Made by a program: the position numbers and the translations under genes. 64,000 bases of DNA, taken from the sequence record PQ464590.1; one strand, given 5' to 3'. The notes under the pieces were generated by a model. The model was not told the DNA's origin. It ran no database searches and worked only from the letters and a program-made list of their open reading frames with translations. Positions 1-11,929 of the stretch are shown here, in pieces; the first letter of the stretch is position 1, and each line of letters starts with the position of its first letter.

Positions 1-1214
1 TTATTAGCAGCACGCATCTTATCCAATATACCAGCAGCGGCACTTTTTGGTGCTAGTTTACCTTTAGAACTAATGAAACGGTCATCACCAACATAGGTAT
101 ATTCGATTCCTTTTCCTGACTTCCACTTGTCACCAATCTTAACATCAGCAGTTTCATTATATTTGTCAATTTTAGCTTTAGCTGCACGATCAATACTCAT
201 AGCAGCAGAACTATTCATAGGCTTTTTAGTTTGGGAACTAATCCATTGACCACCTTTTCGAATATACTGCACACCAGCACGAGAAGTAATAAGATATCCT
301 TCTGGGATTTCAGTACTGGAACTCTCATCTCCTTCAGCTTCACGAACTTCTGAACGTTTTTCTTGACCATATCGACCCATTACTTGTGGTTGGAATGGTT
401 TCTGAGAAGGTTTTTGTACTTTACCAGCATCTTGAATATCTTTCTCTGGTTTAGCACCAGTTAATGAAGGGAAGTCAGCAGGGTTTTTCTGTACAAATTG
501 AATATATTGTTGTTTTACTGACTGTGCTTTTGCATCATCTAATACTACATTACCGTCATTATCGCAGAAGTTTTTACCATTCCACTCGGCTCGCATATTT
601 TTGTCACGCAACATGATAGTACTGTTAACAGGTAGAACATCATTGCCAGTTTCATGACGTAACCAACGAGCTTGACGAATCCCTTCAGCCCATAATTTTT
701 TAGTAAGTACGTTATCAGCAGTACTCCCATCTCTTAGACTCACAAAACGGGATTGTTTTGGAATAAAACGATATCCTTGAACTTCCAAACCAGCAGGGAT
801 TGTAATATCTTCTGCATGTGGTGGAAGAATGAAGAAATTAAGAGCGTTCCACTCCTTGTCTAAGGTTTCCCGTGATACATCATAGACACGTTGATCATCT
901 GCAATCACTTCACTAAGTACTGAAGATTCTGAAAGTAGAATACCATCCTCAGTGAAGCGATTTTTTCCAACATAAGTATAAGTCTTACCAGTGAAATTGA
1001 AGCTTTCTCCAATCATTCGAGTATTATTACGGTTATGTTCGATAATTTGTTTCTTAGCTGCCTCATTCATTTGGGGAGCTTTGTTTGGATCGATCATCTT
1101 CATATTCTTATGATTGAACCAAATTCCTTCAAAATAAATGTATTCGGAACCTTTATGTGAAGTGTAAATGTAGCCATTTGGTACTACTCTATTAGTACCG
1201 AAAAGATTTATCAT
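1..1214 (-). CDS. Hypothetical virion-region protein with an internal ~80-aa duplication; partial, runs off the left edge
   Basis: Manually translated from ATG 1214 (RBS AGGAG) with no stop to position 1: MINLFGTNRVVPNGYIYTSHKG...KMRAAN. Absent from the ORF track because it has no stop in the window. Confidence 0.85.
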   Translation of the reverse strand, partial: MINLFGTNRVVPNGYIYTSHKGSEYIYFEGIWFNHKNMKMIDPNKAPQMNEAAKKQIIEHNRNNTRMIGESFNFTGKTYTYVGKNRFTEDGILLSESSVLSEVIADDQRVYDVSRETLDKEWNALNFFILPPHAEDITIPAGLEVQGYRFIPKQSRFVSLRDGSTADNVLTKKLWAEGIRQARWLRHETGNDVLPVNSTIMLRDKNMRAEWNGKNFCDNDGNVVLDDAKAQSVKQQYIQFVQKNPADFPSLTGAKPEKDIQDAGKVQKPSQKPFQPQVMGRYGQEKRSEVREAEGDESSSTEIPEGYLITSRAGVQYIRKGGQWISSQTKKPMNSSAAMSIDRAAKAKIDKYNETADVKIGDKWKSGKGIEYTYVGDDRFISSKGKLAPKSAAAGILDKMRAAN

Positions 1215-1226
1215 GATTGTCTCCTA

Positions 1227-1775
1227 TTATGACAGCATTGCTAGAAGCTGCTCACGTTCTGCTTGAGATAGAGCAGATAACTTAGCGTCTAGACCACCAG
1301 CTTCTGAATTTCCTTGTGCTGGAGCAGATTGTGCAGGCTGCTCAGTATTAGTACTGGAGCTTGGCTGTCCTTGTGGTTGTGGTTTAGCAGAATCATCACC
1401 TTGATTGTACTGTGCAGTTGTTTGTTTACGAGCAGCTTGTAGAAGAGCATTACCAACATCTTTAGGACTAAAAGAAAGATTCTGATTAGTTCCTAGAGCA
1501 GATGTATCTAGACCATTACTCTTGAAAAATGCTGCAACATCAGCGAAAGGTACAGAAGATTGTGCTTTACCATATTTACGTCCAATCATTCTTTTGAATT
1601 CTACCCATAGACGGTTAGCTAGTTCACCAGATTCTTTAGCTCCAGCTTCTACCTGACCAGAACCAAACATACCTTTAACTCCACCTTTAGCGGAATCAAT
1701 GGCTGATTGGGTACGAGAATACGGACGCTCATTCAACGGTTCCGCATCTTCAAATAGTTCGTTTAACATACTCAT
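1227..1775 (-). CDS. Hypothetical protein with Q/P/S-rich C-terminal linker
   Basis: 182-aa ORF in operon with the structural genes. Confidence 0.75.
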   Translation of the reverse strand: MSMLNELFEDAEPLNERPYSRTQSAIDSAKGGVKGMFGSGQVEAGAKESGELANRLWVEFKRMIGRKYGKAQSSVPFADVAAFFKSNGLDTSALGTNQNLSFSPKDVGNALLQAARKQTTAQYNQGDDSAKPQPQGQPSSSTNTEQPAQSAPAQGNSEAGGLDAKLSALSQAEREQLLAMLS

Positions 1776-1780
1776 TCGTA

Positions 1781-2317
1781 TTATCCTTTTTTACCATATC
1801 CAGCAGACATGAACTCTGCATAATTAGCTTTCTTTGCTCCTAGTTTATTTAGAGCATCCTGAACTGCATCTTCTGCACGTTCTTGTCCAGCGAGTTCCTG
1901 ACCTTCTGGTTCCGCTTTACCAAATGGTTCACTTAGTACTGGGATATATTCATCCAATTCTAGTTCATCAGCGGTTTCTAGTTCCATTTCAATTGGTTCG
2001 TTCTTACCACGAACACGAAGAAGTGCTTCTGACCATTTTAACATACTACCAATTTCATATAGTAGTACTTCTGGTTGTAGGCCACGTGTACAAGTAAAAT
2101 CCATCCACCAAATTTCACCACAATCCAAGTTATAGAACTCTAAAGGACGATCTTGGAAAATAGATTTTAGTAATGGGCCAATTTCGGTAGCATCATAACG
2201 GTCACGCAGTCTAGCATGAATCTTACTTAGGTCTTCTTTAGACGGTTCAGATGCAAATTTGATGCGGTATTCATATTCAGGAGTGCTATCGATTAAGATT
2301 TGTTGTAGTTTATTCAT
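1781..2317 (-). CDS. Hypothetical protein in the virion module
   Basis: 178-aa ORF with GGAG RBS, operonic. Confidence 0.75.
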   Translation of the reverse strand: MNKLQQILIDSTPEYEYRIKFASEPSKEDLSKIHARLRDRYDATEIGPLLKSIFQDRPLEFYNLDCGEIWWMDFTCTRGLQPEVLLYEIGSMLKWSEALLRVRGKNEPIEMELETADELELDEYIPVLSEPFGKAEPEGQELAGQERAEDAVQDALNKLGAKKANYAEFMSAGYGKKG

Positions 2318-2342
2318 AATAACTCCGTAACAGTAGTTTCAT

Positions 2343-4452
<2,110 letters not shown>

Positions 4453-4461
4453 ATACCCTCC

Positions 4462-5235
4462 TTATAATCCAACTGAACCGATTACTCGGTCAAGTATATC
4501 TAATCCTTGGTTTACATCATCAGGTAGTAATGAACTAATACGCATCTTGTACATTTCTTCAATTGAATCGAAGTGGGTAACATTATCTGGTTTAATTGTC
4601 ATTGTTATTGACACTGGTGATGAGTTAGAATAGTCTAATGAATCATAGTCAATATCAGTTAATATACAACCAGTACATACAAAGTACTCAAGAACACCTG
4701 CACTATTATAACTTGAACCGCCAATAAATTGGTCAACTGCGTTGGTTAATCCTGGGTTATTTGTTGCTGCTGTAATAGCATCAGTAAGTGTATCACGCCC
4801 AAGTGATTCTAAATCATCATCATTGTTTCTACCACTAAGCATTTGTATTACAATTCCAAATTTGTAACCACCAAAATCTTGTTCAGAACGGGGTGTGATT
4901 CTACGTTGAAAATCTAATTGTTTCTGTAATTGTCGAGCCAATGCTTTAGTACTTTTATTTCCAATTGAATCTCGGATTGTTAATTTAATTGGGTTCCAAT
5001 CATGGCTACCAATATACGATGCGTTAGTTGCGAATTGGAATACTTTATGAGTTTTAAAAGATATACTTGGTCGATCAACAGATTCAACGTCCAACGCAAT
5101 ATGGTCGCGTTCATCAATATCAGTACCGAAGTTATATACGATCACTCTGAATTTATATTTTGCTTTTGGCTGAAGCATTGTTCTGTTACGTCCACTTGGT
5201 AGAGGAACGCCGTATTTGTCTAACATATTTGCCAT
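4462..5235 (-). CDS. Tail tube protein paralogue (gp19-like)
   Basis: Shares MANM.DKYGVPLP and QPKAKYKFRV with 5318-6007; WNPIKLTIRD tube motif. Confidence 0.75.
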   Translation of the reverse strand: MANMLDKYGVPLPSGRNRTMLQPKAKYKFRVIVYNFGTDIDERDHIALDVESVDRPSISFKTHKVFQFATNASYIGSHDWNPIKLTIRDSIGNKSTKALARQLQKQLDFQRRITPRSEQDFGGYKFGIVIQMLSGRNNDDDLESLGRDTLTDAITAATNNPGLTNAVDQFIGGSSYNSAGVLEYFVCTGCILTDIDYDSLDYSNSSPVSITMTIKPDNVTHFDSIEEMYKMRISSLLPDDVNQGLDILDRVIGSVGL

Positions 5236-5271
5236 AAAAGTTAACCTCTATTTAATCAGGGTAGTATTAGT

Positions 5272-5277
5272 TATTTA
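5272..5277 (-). promoter_or_regulatory. Putative late promoter (TAAATA, T4 gp55-type)
   Basis: CTAAATA on the minus strand upstream of the tube paralogue. Confidence 0.5.
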
Positions 5278-5281
5278 GCAT

Positions 5282-5312
5282 AAAAAAAGCCCCGAAATGT
5301 TATTCAGGGCTT
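5282..5312 (-). terminator. Intrinsic terminator after tail tube gene
   Basis: AAGCCCTGAA-loop-TTCGGGGCTT followed by a U-run on the minus strand. Confidence 0.8.
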
Positions 5313-5317
5313 GATGA

Positions 5318-6007
5318 TTACTGCTGATTAAAGAAGTTTGAATCTTTAATACTAGTAGTAGGGATTGATGTTTGAGCACCACTAATACTAGTAGCGTTTT
5401 CAGGAGTACCGTTACCAGTAACTTCATCACCGAATGGTAAACCAGTTGGACCTAGTTTTGCACAACCGTCTGGTTGAATGGACATCGTGATTACTTGTGG
5501 GTTACTATCGGAATAGTCCCATTCACCGAAGTTTGAATCAGCAATGAAACATCCTTGACAAACCCAAGTACTTTGAGTACCTTCAAAAAGGTTAGTAGTA
5601 CTTTCACTATTTGAACCATCCATTTCTTGAATCCACATTTCAAATTTGAATTGTGAATCAGTTAGACGTGATTCCTGCGTGTAGTAGTTAAATTCTTTAC
5701 GCATTTGGTTATAAATTGCTTTGGAACTCATGTTTCCTACCGAGTCACGGAAAGCGACTTCGATTGGACTCCACGTGTACTTGCCCTTGTAGTGTGCACT
5801 ACTGTTATAACTGTGCACAGTTACGTTTTCGTGTTCTACATGCACCGCACCTACTGTATTTGTGTCAATGGTAATGTGATTACCATCATCTCCAGCACCA
5901 AAGCCAAAAAAGATTACGCGGAATTTGTATTTCGCTTTTGGTTGCTTCATGGAAATGCGACCGCCACCAGGGAGGGGTACTCCATATTTATCTATCATAT
6001 TTGCCAT
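5318..6007 (-). CDS. gp19: Tail tube protein (gp19-like)
   Basis: Directly downstream of the sheath gene; WSPIEVAFRD, WVCQGCF and GEWDYSDS.P motifs. Confidence 0.8.
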   Translation of the reverse strand: MANMIDKYGVPLPGGGRISMKQPKAKYKFRVIFFGFGAGDDGNHITIDTNTVGAVHVEHENVTVHSYNSSAHYKGKYTWSPIEVAFRDSVGNMSSKAIYNQMRKEFNYYTQESRLTDSQFKFEMWIQEMDGSNSESTTNLFEGTQSTWVCQGCFIADSNFGEWDYSDSNPQVITMSIQPDGCAKLGPTGLPFGDEVTGNGTPENATSISGAQTSIPTTSIKDSNFFNQQ

Positions 6008-6046
6008 GTATTGATCTCCAATTCACAAGGTAAATTCTCTTTAATT

Positions 6047-6052
6047 TATTTA
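6047..6052 (-). promoter_or_regulatory. Putative late promoter (TAAATA)
   Basis: ATAAATA upstream of the tail tube gene. Confidence 0.5.
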
Positions 6053-6087
6053 TCAGATAATTATTCGGAATTGGAGTTACATAATAG

Positions 6088-6110
6088 AAAAGGGAGCTAA
6101 AAGCTCCCTT
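6088..6110 (-). terminator. Intrinsic terminator after tail sheath gene
   Basis: AGGGAGCT/AGCTCCCT hairpin plus U-run. Confidence 0.75.
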
Positions 6111-6119
6111 ATTGGTTAA

Positions 6120-8765
6120 TTACCCTTGTGTCTTTTCGATACGAATTGGCACATAAATGTAGTTGATAGTACGAGTAGGTTGGATCGCAATGTCCATCCA
6201 TAGTTCAGTACGGTCAATACGTGCTGGGGTGTTGTTTGATTCATCACATACAACGGTAAAGTCATATAGACCATTTAGTTGAACAAGTTCAGCTAAGAAA
6301 CTATTCACTACACCAGTAAACTCTTGGCGAGTACTTGGGGTATTTAGACGGAATAGGAATGGTTCTGCCATGATTTCTAGTTGACGACGAATATACACAA
6401 TTAGACGTGCCACGTTAACGTTCGCCAGTGCAGAGGTTTCGTTAGCAGTTAGAGTTTTATCTCCAAATACTAATAGACCACGCGTTGGACGCATCGCAAT
6501 CGGGTTAATCTTGTTCGGGTACATCACGTCACGTTGGCCTTGGTTGTAAACAACTGGCTCGTATTCACCTTCTGCGTTGATGTAACCTACAGAACTTGCG
6601 TTAGTTACTACACCACGAGTAGTACCTGCTGGTGGATACCATACATAGGAAATACTGTCACTGTACGCATAGGTACGCATTGCGATAGTACTACCAGGTA
6701 CGGCAACTTCTTCACCATCAACGTTAGTACTTAAGCACCAACCCATGTACTGTGCAGCATAGTCATATGCAGTAGTACGGCCTAGATCACCATTACTTGG
6801 TGCATTGTTCGCGTTGGTTGCCCAAGCCTGAACAGCAGTAGCGGATGGGGATAGACGTGCTGGAACATCAGTTACGATGAAAGCAGTTTCTTTACGGTCC
6901 GTGTTTAGTGTTACTAGTTCATCAAGTAGTTCAACATACCCTGGAGCACAAAGTAGGTTAAAATCGATTGATTCAGAACGGATAGCTTCGTTACCAACGA
7001 TAACTGCCGCCATTGCTTCTACAATGATTTGGCGTTGTGCATGGCGACCGAATAAACCAGAACCATCAACTGCTACACCACTAGCAACTTCCCAATTACC
7101 ATTAACCATTTTCTTAACAACACCTTCAGTATTGCCTAGGTCGATTGCAAGCATACCATTCTGGTACAAGTTGGCACTTGGTACTGAACCATTAAAGTCC
7201 GCATAAATCATACCGTTTAAAGTACTTTGATCAGCAGGATCTAGTTTAATCCATTCACCTTGTACGTTACGATAAAACTCATAACCATCAACACCTTGAG
7301 AAAGTGGTAGTACCCAGAAATCTCTGTCCGCTGCTGGTTCATCAACTTGGATGTATTTGTTAAGGGAATCAACTAGATCCCATTCTTCAGTAACCGTGTT
7401 AGCAACATACAGGGTAACTGTTAGGTTATCAGAGTTACTAAAGTCGTACCAGTAAGTACCGTTCGGTGCTTTAGCACGAGGTTCAGTTGAATTAACATAT
7501 AAGTTAGCAGTGTTTACTAGACCATAGTTAGAACTGTCTTGAGTTAGTTTCTTGAGTTCTTGTGCACTGAATAGTGCTTCACCACTTTGCACAACCTTGA
7601 AGCTATAACCATTCTTGTTGATGATGGTTAGTGCAGAAGTGCCAGTAAATGAGAAACCTGCATTAATTAGTACTGCACTTTTATTCAAATTCTCAATGAT
7701 AGTAGCAGTGTTAACTAGATGACCTTGAGGAACAGCTAGTACTTTAACACTCTGATTCAAATAACTAATGGTTAAGTAACCGTCAGTTGCAGCAGTGTTT
7801 AATGATGCTTCACCAAGTGGGGTAGCTGGTGCAGTTTGGGTAGCGATACTCGCACGCTTCATATACAAAGAGAAACTCTTACTATCAATGTCAAATAATG
7901 ATGCGATGTAGCTAGAACTGAATTGACCAGTTTTTGATTCAATATCATAGAAACTGTTACCAGTAAACACATCAATATTCTGCCATACACGAGTTAGTGA
8001 AGCATAACGCTTAACAACAAAACGTGTACCGAAGTAGTTAGAACCGTTCTTAGTATATCCATCACGAATCCAAATGTTACCTTCGAAGATAGAAGAACCT
8101 ACTGGAACTTTGTTGATTGGAGATAGGTAAGTTTCTACCTGTACTAGACCAACAGCTTCGAATTTGTACATTAGGAATTGACCATTTGATGGATTATAAC
8201 GTAGTACTAGATCATCTACATTTAGTCCAATAACATCTACATCATCAATATCAGCGGCTGAAACAATACGTACTGGTTTTAGTTGCCAATCATAGAATGA
8301 TTGTGGGTTATCCTTTTTAGCAATGTATGCTTCAATTTGGGTTGCAGTGGTGTCAAACCATAGTGAACCGTTATTAACTGGGCCAGTTGGTTCTGTGCCA
8401 GTAGGGGCTAACTCGTTTAGGTCAATGTCAGCACGTACTACGTACGCACGGTTAGCAATTCCTAGATAAGAGTAAGTACCGTGTAGACCGTACTCGTTAA
8501 GTTCGTCACCTTGAACAACAGAACCTAAGTAAGTTTGAAAAACAGGAGTACCGAATGTATCTAGTGCAGCTTTTTGTGAGCTTAATAGTTGTAGCTTACC
8601 AGCGTTTGCTTTTAGTGTGCCTGGAGCCACAGCGGTACTTCCAGGAACCAATTTGTCTTGAGCAGTAGCGATGATGAAAAGCGGCACAGTCCCTGGGGCA
8701 GACGCAGTACTCATCGAGGTATCAGTTACTGGAACACTCACACCAGGTGATAATAAATCAGCCAT
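6120..8765 (-). CDS. gp18: Tail sheath protein (gp18-like)
   Basis: N-terminal LLSPGVSV, C-terminal WYPPAG..RG, KINPI, VFGDKT, NVARL and FTVVCDESNNTPARIDR. Confidence 0.95.
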   Translation of the reverse strand: MADLLSPGVSVPVTDTSMSTASAPGTVPLFIIATAQDKLVPGSTAVAPGTLKANAGKLQLLSSQKAALDTFGTPVFQTYLGSVVQGDELNEYGLHGTYSYLGIANRAYVVRADIDLNELAPTGTEPTGPVNNGSLWFDTTATQIEAYIAKKDNPQSFYDWQLKPVRIVSAADIDDVDVIGLNVDDLVLRYNPSNGQFLMYKFEAVGLVQVETYLSPINKVPVGSSIFEGNIWIRDGYTKNGSNYFGTRFVVKRYASLTRVWQNIDVFTGNSFYDIESKTGQFSSSYIASLFDIDSKSFSLYMKRASIATQTAPATPLGEASLNTAATDGYLTISYLNQSVKVLAVPQGHLVNTATIIENLNKSAVLINAGFSFTGTSALTIINKNGYSFKVVQSGEALFSAQELKKLTQDSSNYGLVNTANLYVNSTEPRAKAPNGTYWYDFSNSDNLTVTLYVANTVTEEWDLVDSLNKYIQVDEPAADRDFWVLPLSQGVDGYEFYRNVQGEWIKLDPADQSTLNGMIYADFNGSVPSANLYQNGMLAIDLGNTEGVVKKMVNGNWEVASGVAVDGSGLFGRHAQRQIIVEAMAAVIVGNEAIRSESIDFNLLCAPGYVELLDELVTLNTDRKETAFIVTDVPARLSPSATAVQAWATNANNAPSNGDLGRTTAYDYAAQYMGWCLSTNVDGEEVAVPGSTIAMRTYAYSDSISYVWYPPAGTTRGVVTNASSVGYINAEGEYEPVVYNQGQRDVMYPNKINPIAMRPTRGLLVFGDKTLTANETSALANVNVARLIVYIRRQLEIMAEPFLFRLNTPSTRQEFTGVVNSFLAELVQLNGLYDFTVVCDESNNTPARIDRTELWMDIAIQPTRTINYIYVPIRIEKTQG

Positions 8766-8810
8766 TTAAATCCTCCAAAAATTTGGTATTATCGAATATT
8801 CGTATAATGT

Positions 8811-8816
8811 TATTTA
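8811..8816 (-). promoter_or_regulatory. Putative late promoter (TAAATA)
   Basis: ATAAATA ~45 nt upstream of the sheath start. Confidence 0.55.
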
Positions 8817-8848
8817 TTGGAGGATGAAGTCTTATGTATTGAAAGTGC

Positions 8849-9496
8849 TTACTTTTGGTCAAGAATACCGTGCATGATGATTCTTGCGGCCTTATGTAAA
8901 TCTTCTACTGTACCATCATTTTGTACAATCTGACGTGGTTCATTACGCCCAATCCAAGCCCATTCAGAACTATGAATACCTTCTAGTGTTTCTGGTACTG
9001 GAACAGTTCTGTTCATATCTTGAAGTACATTGTATGCATAAGCGGAACTGTACCATAATGGGGTGTTACGCTGTACTTCAATTATATGTGCTTCGTTCTC
9101 GCGAAGCATTTTGATCTCGTTCGGGAATCGACAATCAGTAATGATAATATTCCCTTCAATTTGACGCATTTTGTTCTCTAGTGAGAAAACCCAAGTATTA
9201 TCGTGGAAGTGTTTTCTAACTACATCAGTACCGAAGTTTTGAAGTACCCAACGTGGAGTTACATCAAAGCCAAGTTTAGATGACCAGTACTGGTCAACTG
9301 TTTCACGCTCTTCACGAGCTTCTTTAGTATGTCCTTCCAGCATAGTTCTGTCCCATCCGAAGATTACAGATACTGCATCTTTTAGAGTGGTTGCGAATGA
9401 CATACGGTGAAATCCACCTTCATCAATGAAAACTTGACTGAAAGTGTCTTTGCCTGAACCAATTGTTCCGTTGATAGCTACTATTTTACGTTCCAT
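8849..9496 (-). CDS. Deoxynucleoside monophosphate kinase (T4 gp1-like)
   Basis: Walker A GTIGSGKD, SFATTLKD, PRWVLQNFGTD and ITDCRFPNE. Confidence 0.9.
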   Translation of the reverse strand: MERKIVAINGTIGSGKDTFSQVFIDEGGFHRMSFATTLKDAVSVIFGWDRTMLEGHTKEAREERETVDQYWSSKLGFDVTPRWVLQNFGTDVVRKHFHDNTWVFSLENKMRQIEGNIIITDCRFPNEIKMLRENEAHIIEVQRNTPLWYSSAYAYNVLQDMNRTVPVPETLEGIHSSEWAWIGRNEPRQIVQNDGTVEDLHKAARIIMHGILDQK

Positions 9497-9509
9497 GTAT
9501 TGTACCTAT

Positions 9510-9541
9510 AAAAAAAGAAGAGACATTCCATGCCTCTTCTT
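9510..9541 (-). terminator. Intrinsic terminator after neck gene
   Basis: AAGAAGAG/CTCTTCTT hairpin plus U-run. Confidence 0.65.
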
Positions 9542-9549
9542 GTTGATTG

Positions 9550-10335
9550 TTAACCGATAATGAATGCCAGTGGAGTACCACCATCTTTGTAGTTACGTAG
9601 CTGCATCTCTAATTTTTCCTGAAGTGCTGCTGCTTCCTGACGTAGTTCTGAACCATCCATACTGAACGTACCTTGTGGACCTGGTAGCGTTGCGAATTTG
9701 GAACGGTTACGCCCTAGCATCATCATAGCTTCTGATAATGCCCAATCACGTAGCCAAGGATAAGACATTTGACGTTGGAATAGCATAGCTTCTGGAACGT
9801 TCTGGTATACATGAAGGAGAACATCTTCTTCACCACGGATATCACGATCAAGAATTAATTTCTTGTTCACTGAGTTCCATTGGAAAATGATTTCACGACC
9901 GAACAAACGGGCAACTGTTTCATCGAACTGATGATATAAGTCGTAAGTCAATAGTCCACCGCCAGTACTGCCACGTACAGCAGAAAGTAGATATGCGTTA
10001 CTATATGCCAAGCTGAATGGGTCAACAGTACTACTATTGCCTGAAACAACACCGTTACCACGACGATAAATGCGGCGAACAATTTCTACTTCAGTTGGTA
10101 AAACGTAGGATGATTCGGAAGGATATAGCTTCATGTGTAAGAATGCTTCTTCTTTAGAAGCACTAGACCATGCTCGGTAGTTCTCTACGGCAATATCGAT
10201 TGCAACTTCCAGTTGATCATCAGTGAGTTCAACTTCAACAGCACCAGCACCTAGTTTTTTGGTGATAGTATCTTTAAGTTTCTCTCTGTGATCATAGTTT
10301 GGGGCTTCTGGATCGCCCTGATAATCGTATGACAT
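9550..10335 (-). CDS. gp13: Neck protein (T4 gp13-like)
   Basis: LGAGAVEVELTDDQLEVAID and LPGPQGTFSMDGSEL; start set at the ATG after RBS GAGGT. Confidence 0.85.
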   Translation of the reverse strand: MSYDYQGDPEAPNYDHREKLKDTITKKLGAGAVEVELTDDQLEVAIDIAVENYRAWSSASKEEAFLHMKLYPSESSYVLPTEVEIVRRIYRRGNGVVSGNSSTVDPFSLAYSNAYLLSAVRGSTGGGLLTYDLYHQFDETVARLFGREIIFQWNSVNKKLILDRDIRGEEDVLLHVYQNVPEAMLFQRQMSYPWLRDWALSEAMMMLGRNRSKFATLPGPQGTFSMDGSELRQEAAALQEKLEMQLRNYKDGGTPLAFIIG

Positions 10336-10366
10336 AAGCACCTCTAAAAGTCATGTTACTGTACTG

Positions 10367-10372
10367 TATTTA
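10367..10372 (-). promoter_or_regulatory. Putative late promoter (TAAATA)
   Basis: CTAAATA upstream of the neck gene. Confidence 0.55.
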
Positions 10373-10387
10373 GAGGTGCTTCGTATC

Positions 10388-10600
10388 TTACTGTATAATT
10401 GAACGAACTAGCTCAATCATGTTATCGTACGATTCAAATTCACCGTACTTTGTCATTCCATCAGTACTGATCCAAGTTCGTTTGAGTTTGAATTCAGAAC
10501 CAATAGAGTAAGGATTTGGTGGATTGCCACGTTCGACAATCCAAGTTCCGGTTGAGTCCGTTACGTACACAATACCCTTACTTTTATATACAGATCTCAC
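10388..10600 (-). CDS. Hypothetical protein
   Basis: 70-aa ORF abutting the upstream gene. Confidence 0.6.
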   Translation of the reverse strand: MRSVYKSKGIVYVTDSTGTWIVERGNPPNPYSIGSEFKLKRTWISTDGMTKYGEFESYDNMIELVRSIIQ

Positions 10601-10984
10601 TTACGCTTTTTCGAAGTTCTGGGTGAAGAAGTCTAGACGTTCGCCAGTGAATGGTCCCAGTACTAGAACTGTACTTTCTTCATCGAACGCATTCATAGGA
10701 ACACTTTCATTCTCCGCAAGGTAAGAGATTTCATTCATAGAATCAATATCTTCCGCAAAGAAGACTTCCTGGCGTAGTCCATTATCTTTCACCCATGAAT
10801 CCCAGTGCTTGGTGAATTCACCAGCTTCAAATGAACCGACATACGAGTTGGAACGCGAATTGTACTGATGTAGTACCGTCATTCCAGCCATAACCATTTC
10901 TTTGGTTACATCTTCTGGGTTAGTACCTTTTAGTACTACGATTGCTTGATATGTTACTTTTGGAGCGTCTTCTTTACGAATCAT
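10601..10984 (-). CDS. Peptidyl-tRNA hydrolase 2 (Pth2)-fold protein, divergent
   Basis: YQAIVV...W..W......EVFFAEDIDSMNEI...TVLVLGPF..ERLD.FT resembles the Pth2 layout; the canonical catalytic motifs are not clear. Confidence 0.45.
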   Translation of the reverse strand: MIRKEDAPKVTYQAIVVLKGTNPEDVTKEMVMAGMTVLHQYNSRSNSYVGSFEAGEFTKHWDSWVKDNGLRQEVFFAEDIDSMNEISYLAENESVPMNAFDEESTVLVLGPFTGERLDFFTQNFEKA

Positions 10985-10996
10985 GATTTTACCTTA

Positions 10997-11329
10997 TTAG
11001 ATGATGATTTTCTTCTCAGGAGGCATAATAACACCAACGGAGGATTGTGTCAATGCTTCAACCGCAGAAACATACTCAGCACCTAGACCTGGTTCAACTT
11101 CACATACTGCAATGATATTGGACTTCATGAAAGTCACTGGAGCATCATCAGCAATGATTCCACCTAGGAAGGAAACGATTTGAATGTTTCCAGCTTCATC
11201 CTGACCTAGCTGTGCTGGGTGCATGGTGATTAGGGAATCTTGAGTTTCGCCTTGCAGTACTGCTAGAATTGGGCCGTGGTTAGCGATGTCTAGTAGTTTT
11301 ACAACGATTTTTGCTTTATCTTGTGCCAT
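10997..11329 (-). CDS. Sm-like domain protein of T4-like phages
   Basis: All-beta N-terminus, C-terminal helix and G-V-I-x-P-P-x-K-K-I-I tail typical of this family. Confidence 0.5.
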   Translation of the reverse strand: MAQDKAKIVVKLLDIANHGPILAVLQGETQDSLITMHPAQLGQDEAGNIQIVSFLGGIIADDAPVTFMKSNIIAVCEVEPGLGAEYVSAVEALTQSSVGVIMPPEKKIII

Positions 11330-11356
11330 GATAATCTTCCTTGATTAGTTTGTCAA

Positions 11357-11881
11357 TTAGTTTAGTTTATAAAGATGCTTGTGTACATCATTGAGTCTTG
11401 ATTCAATGATTTCACTGATAACGTTCCAGTTACCACCGCCTAAGTCGGCTCCAATAAGAGGGAAATGAACATGGACGTTATTCCCCAATTGTTTTAGCAT
11501 GTTATTCAAGTTCTCGAAACAAGTGTCGATCCCATCATAACTCACATATTTTTTTCCATCGTATCCATAACGGTTCTGTGTAATACTGTTACTGATAATT
11601 ACATTTTGTTCATCGTTCACATGAATGATGTTCGCACCAAGTTCTAGTCCTCCATTTGTATGGGCTAGCATATAGTCGTCATAAGCACCAGGGAAGCGTG
11701 CACGGAGTTCTTTTGCGAATCCCGATGCCATACGACCTTGTGCATTACAGCCGTGTACAATCACATCTACACGCTCATTATCACACAGTTTGTAAGCTTC
11801 ACTTCGTCTAAACGATGCTTCTTTGTATAGTTCAAATAGATTACCAATGTGCGTTTCAATGCCGTTATGAATGATGCTCAT
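11357..11881 (-). CDS. Macro domain (ADP-ribose processing, T4 tk.4-like) protein
   Basis: IVHGCNAQGRMASGFAKELRARFP and FPLIGADLGGGNW. Confidence 0.9.
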   Translation of the reverse strand: MSIIHNGIETHIGNLFELYKEASFRRSEAYKLCDNERVDVIVHGCNAQGRMASGFAKELRARFPGAYDDYMLAHTNGGLELGANIIHVNDEQNVIISNSITQNRYGYDGKKYVSYDGIDTCFENLNNMLKQLGNNVHVHFPLIGADLGGGNWNVISEIIESRLNDVHKHLYKLN

Positions 11882-11895
11882 AAATTCTCTCGATG

Positions 11896-11922
11896 AAAAA
11901 AGGACTCATGATTTGAGTCCTT
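11896..11922 (-). terminator. Intrinsic terminator
   Basis: AAGGACTCA/TGAGTCCTT hairpin plus U-run. Confidence 0.8.
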
Positions 11923-11929
11923 GGAATTG

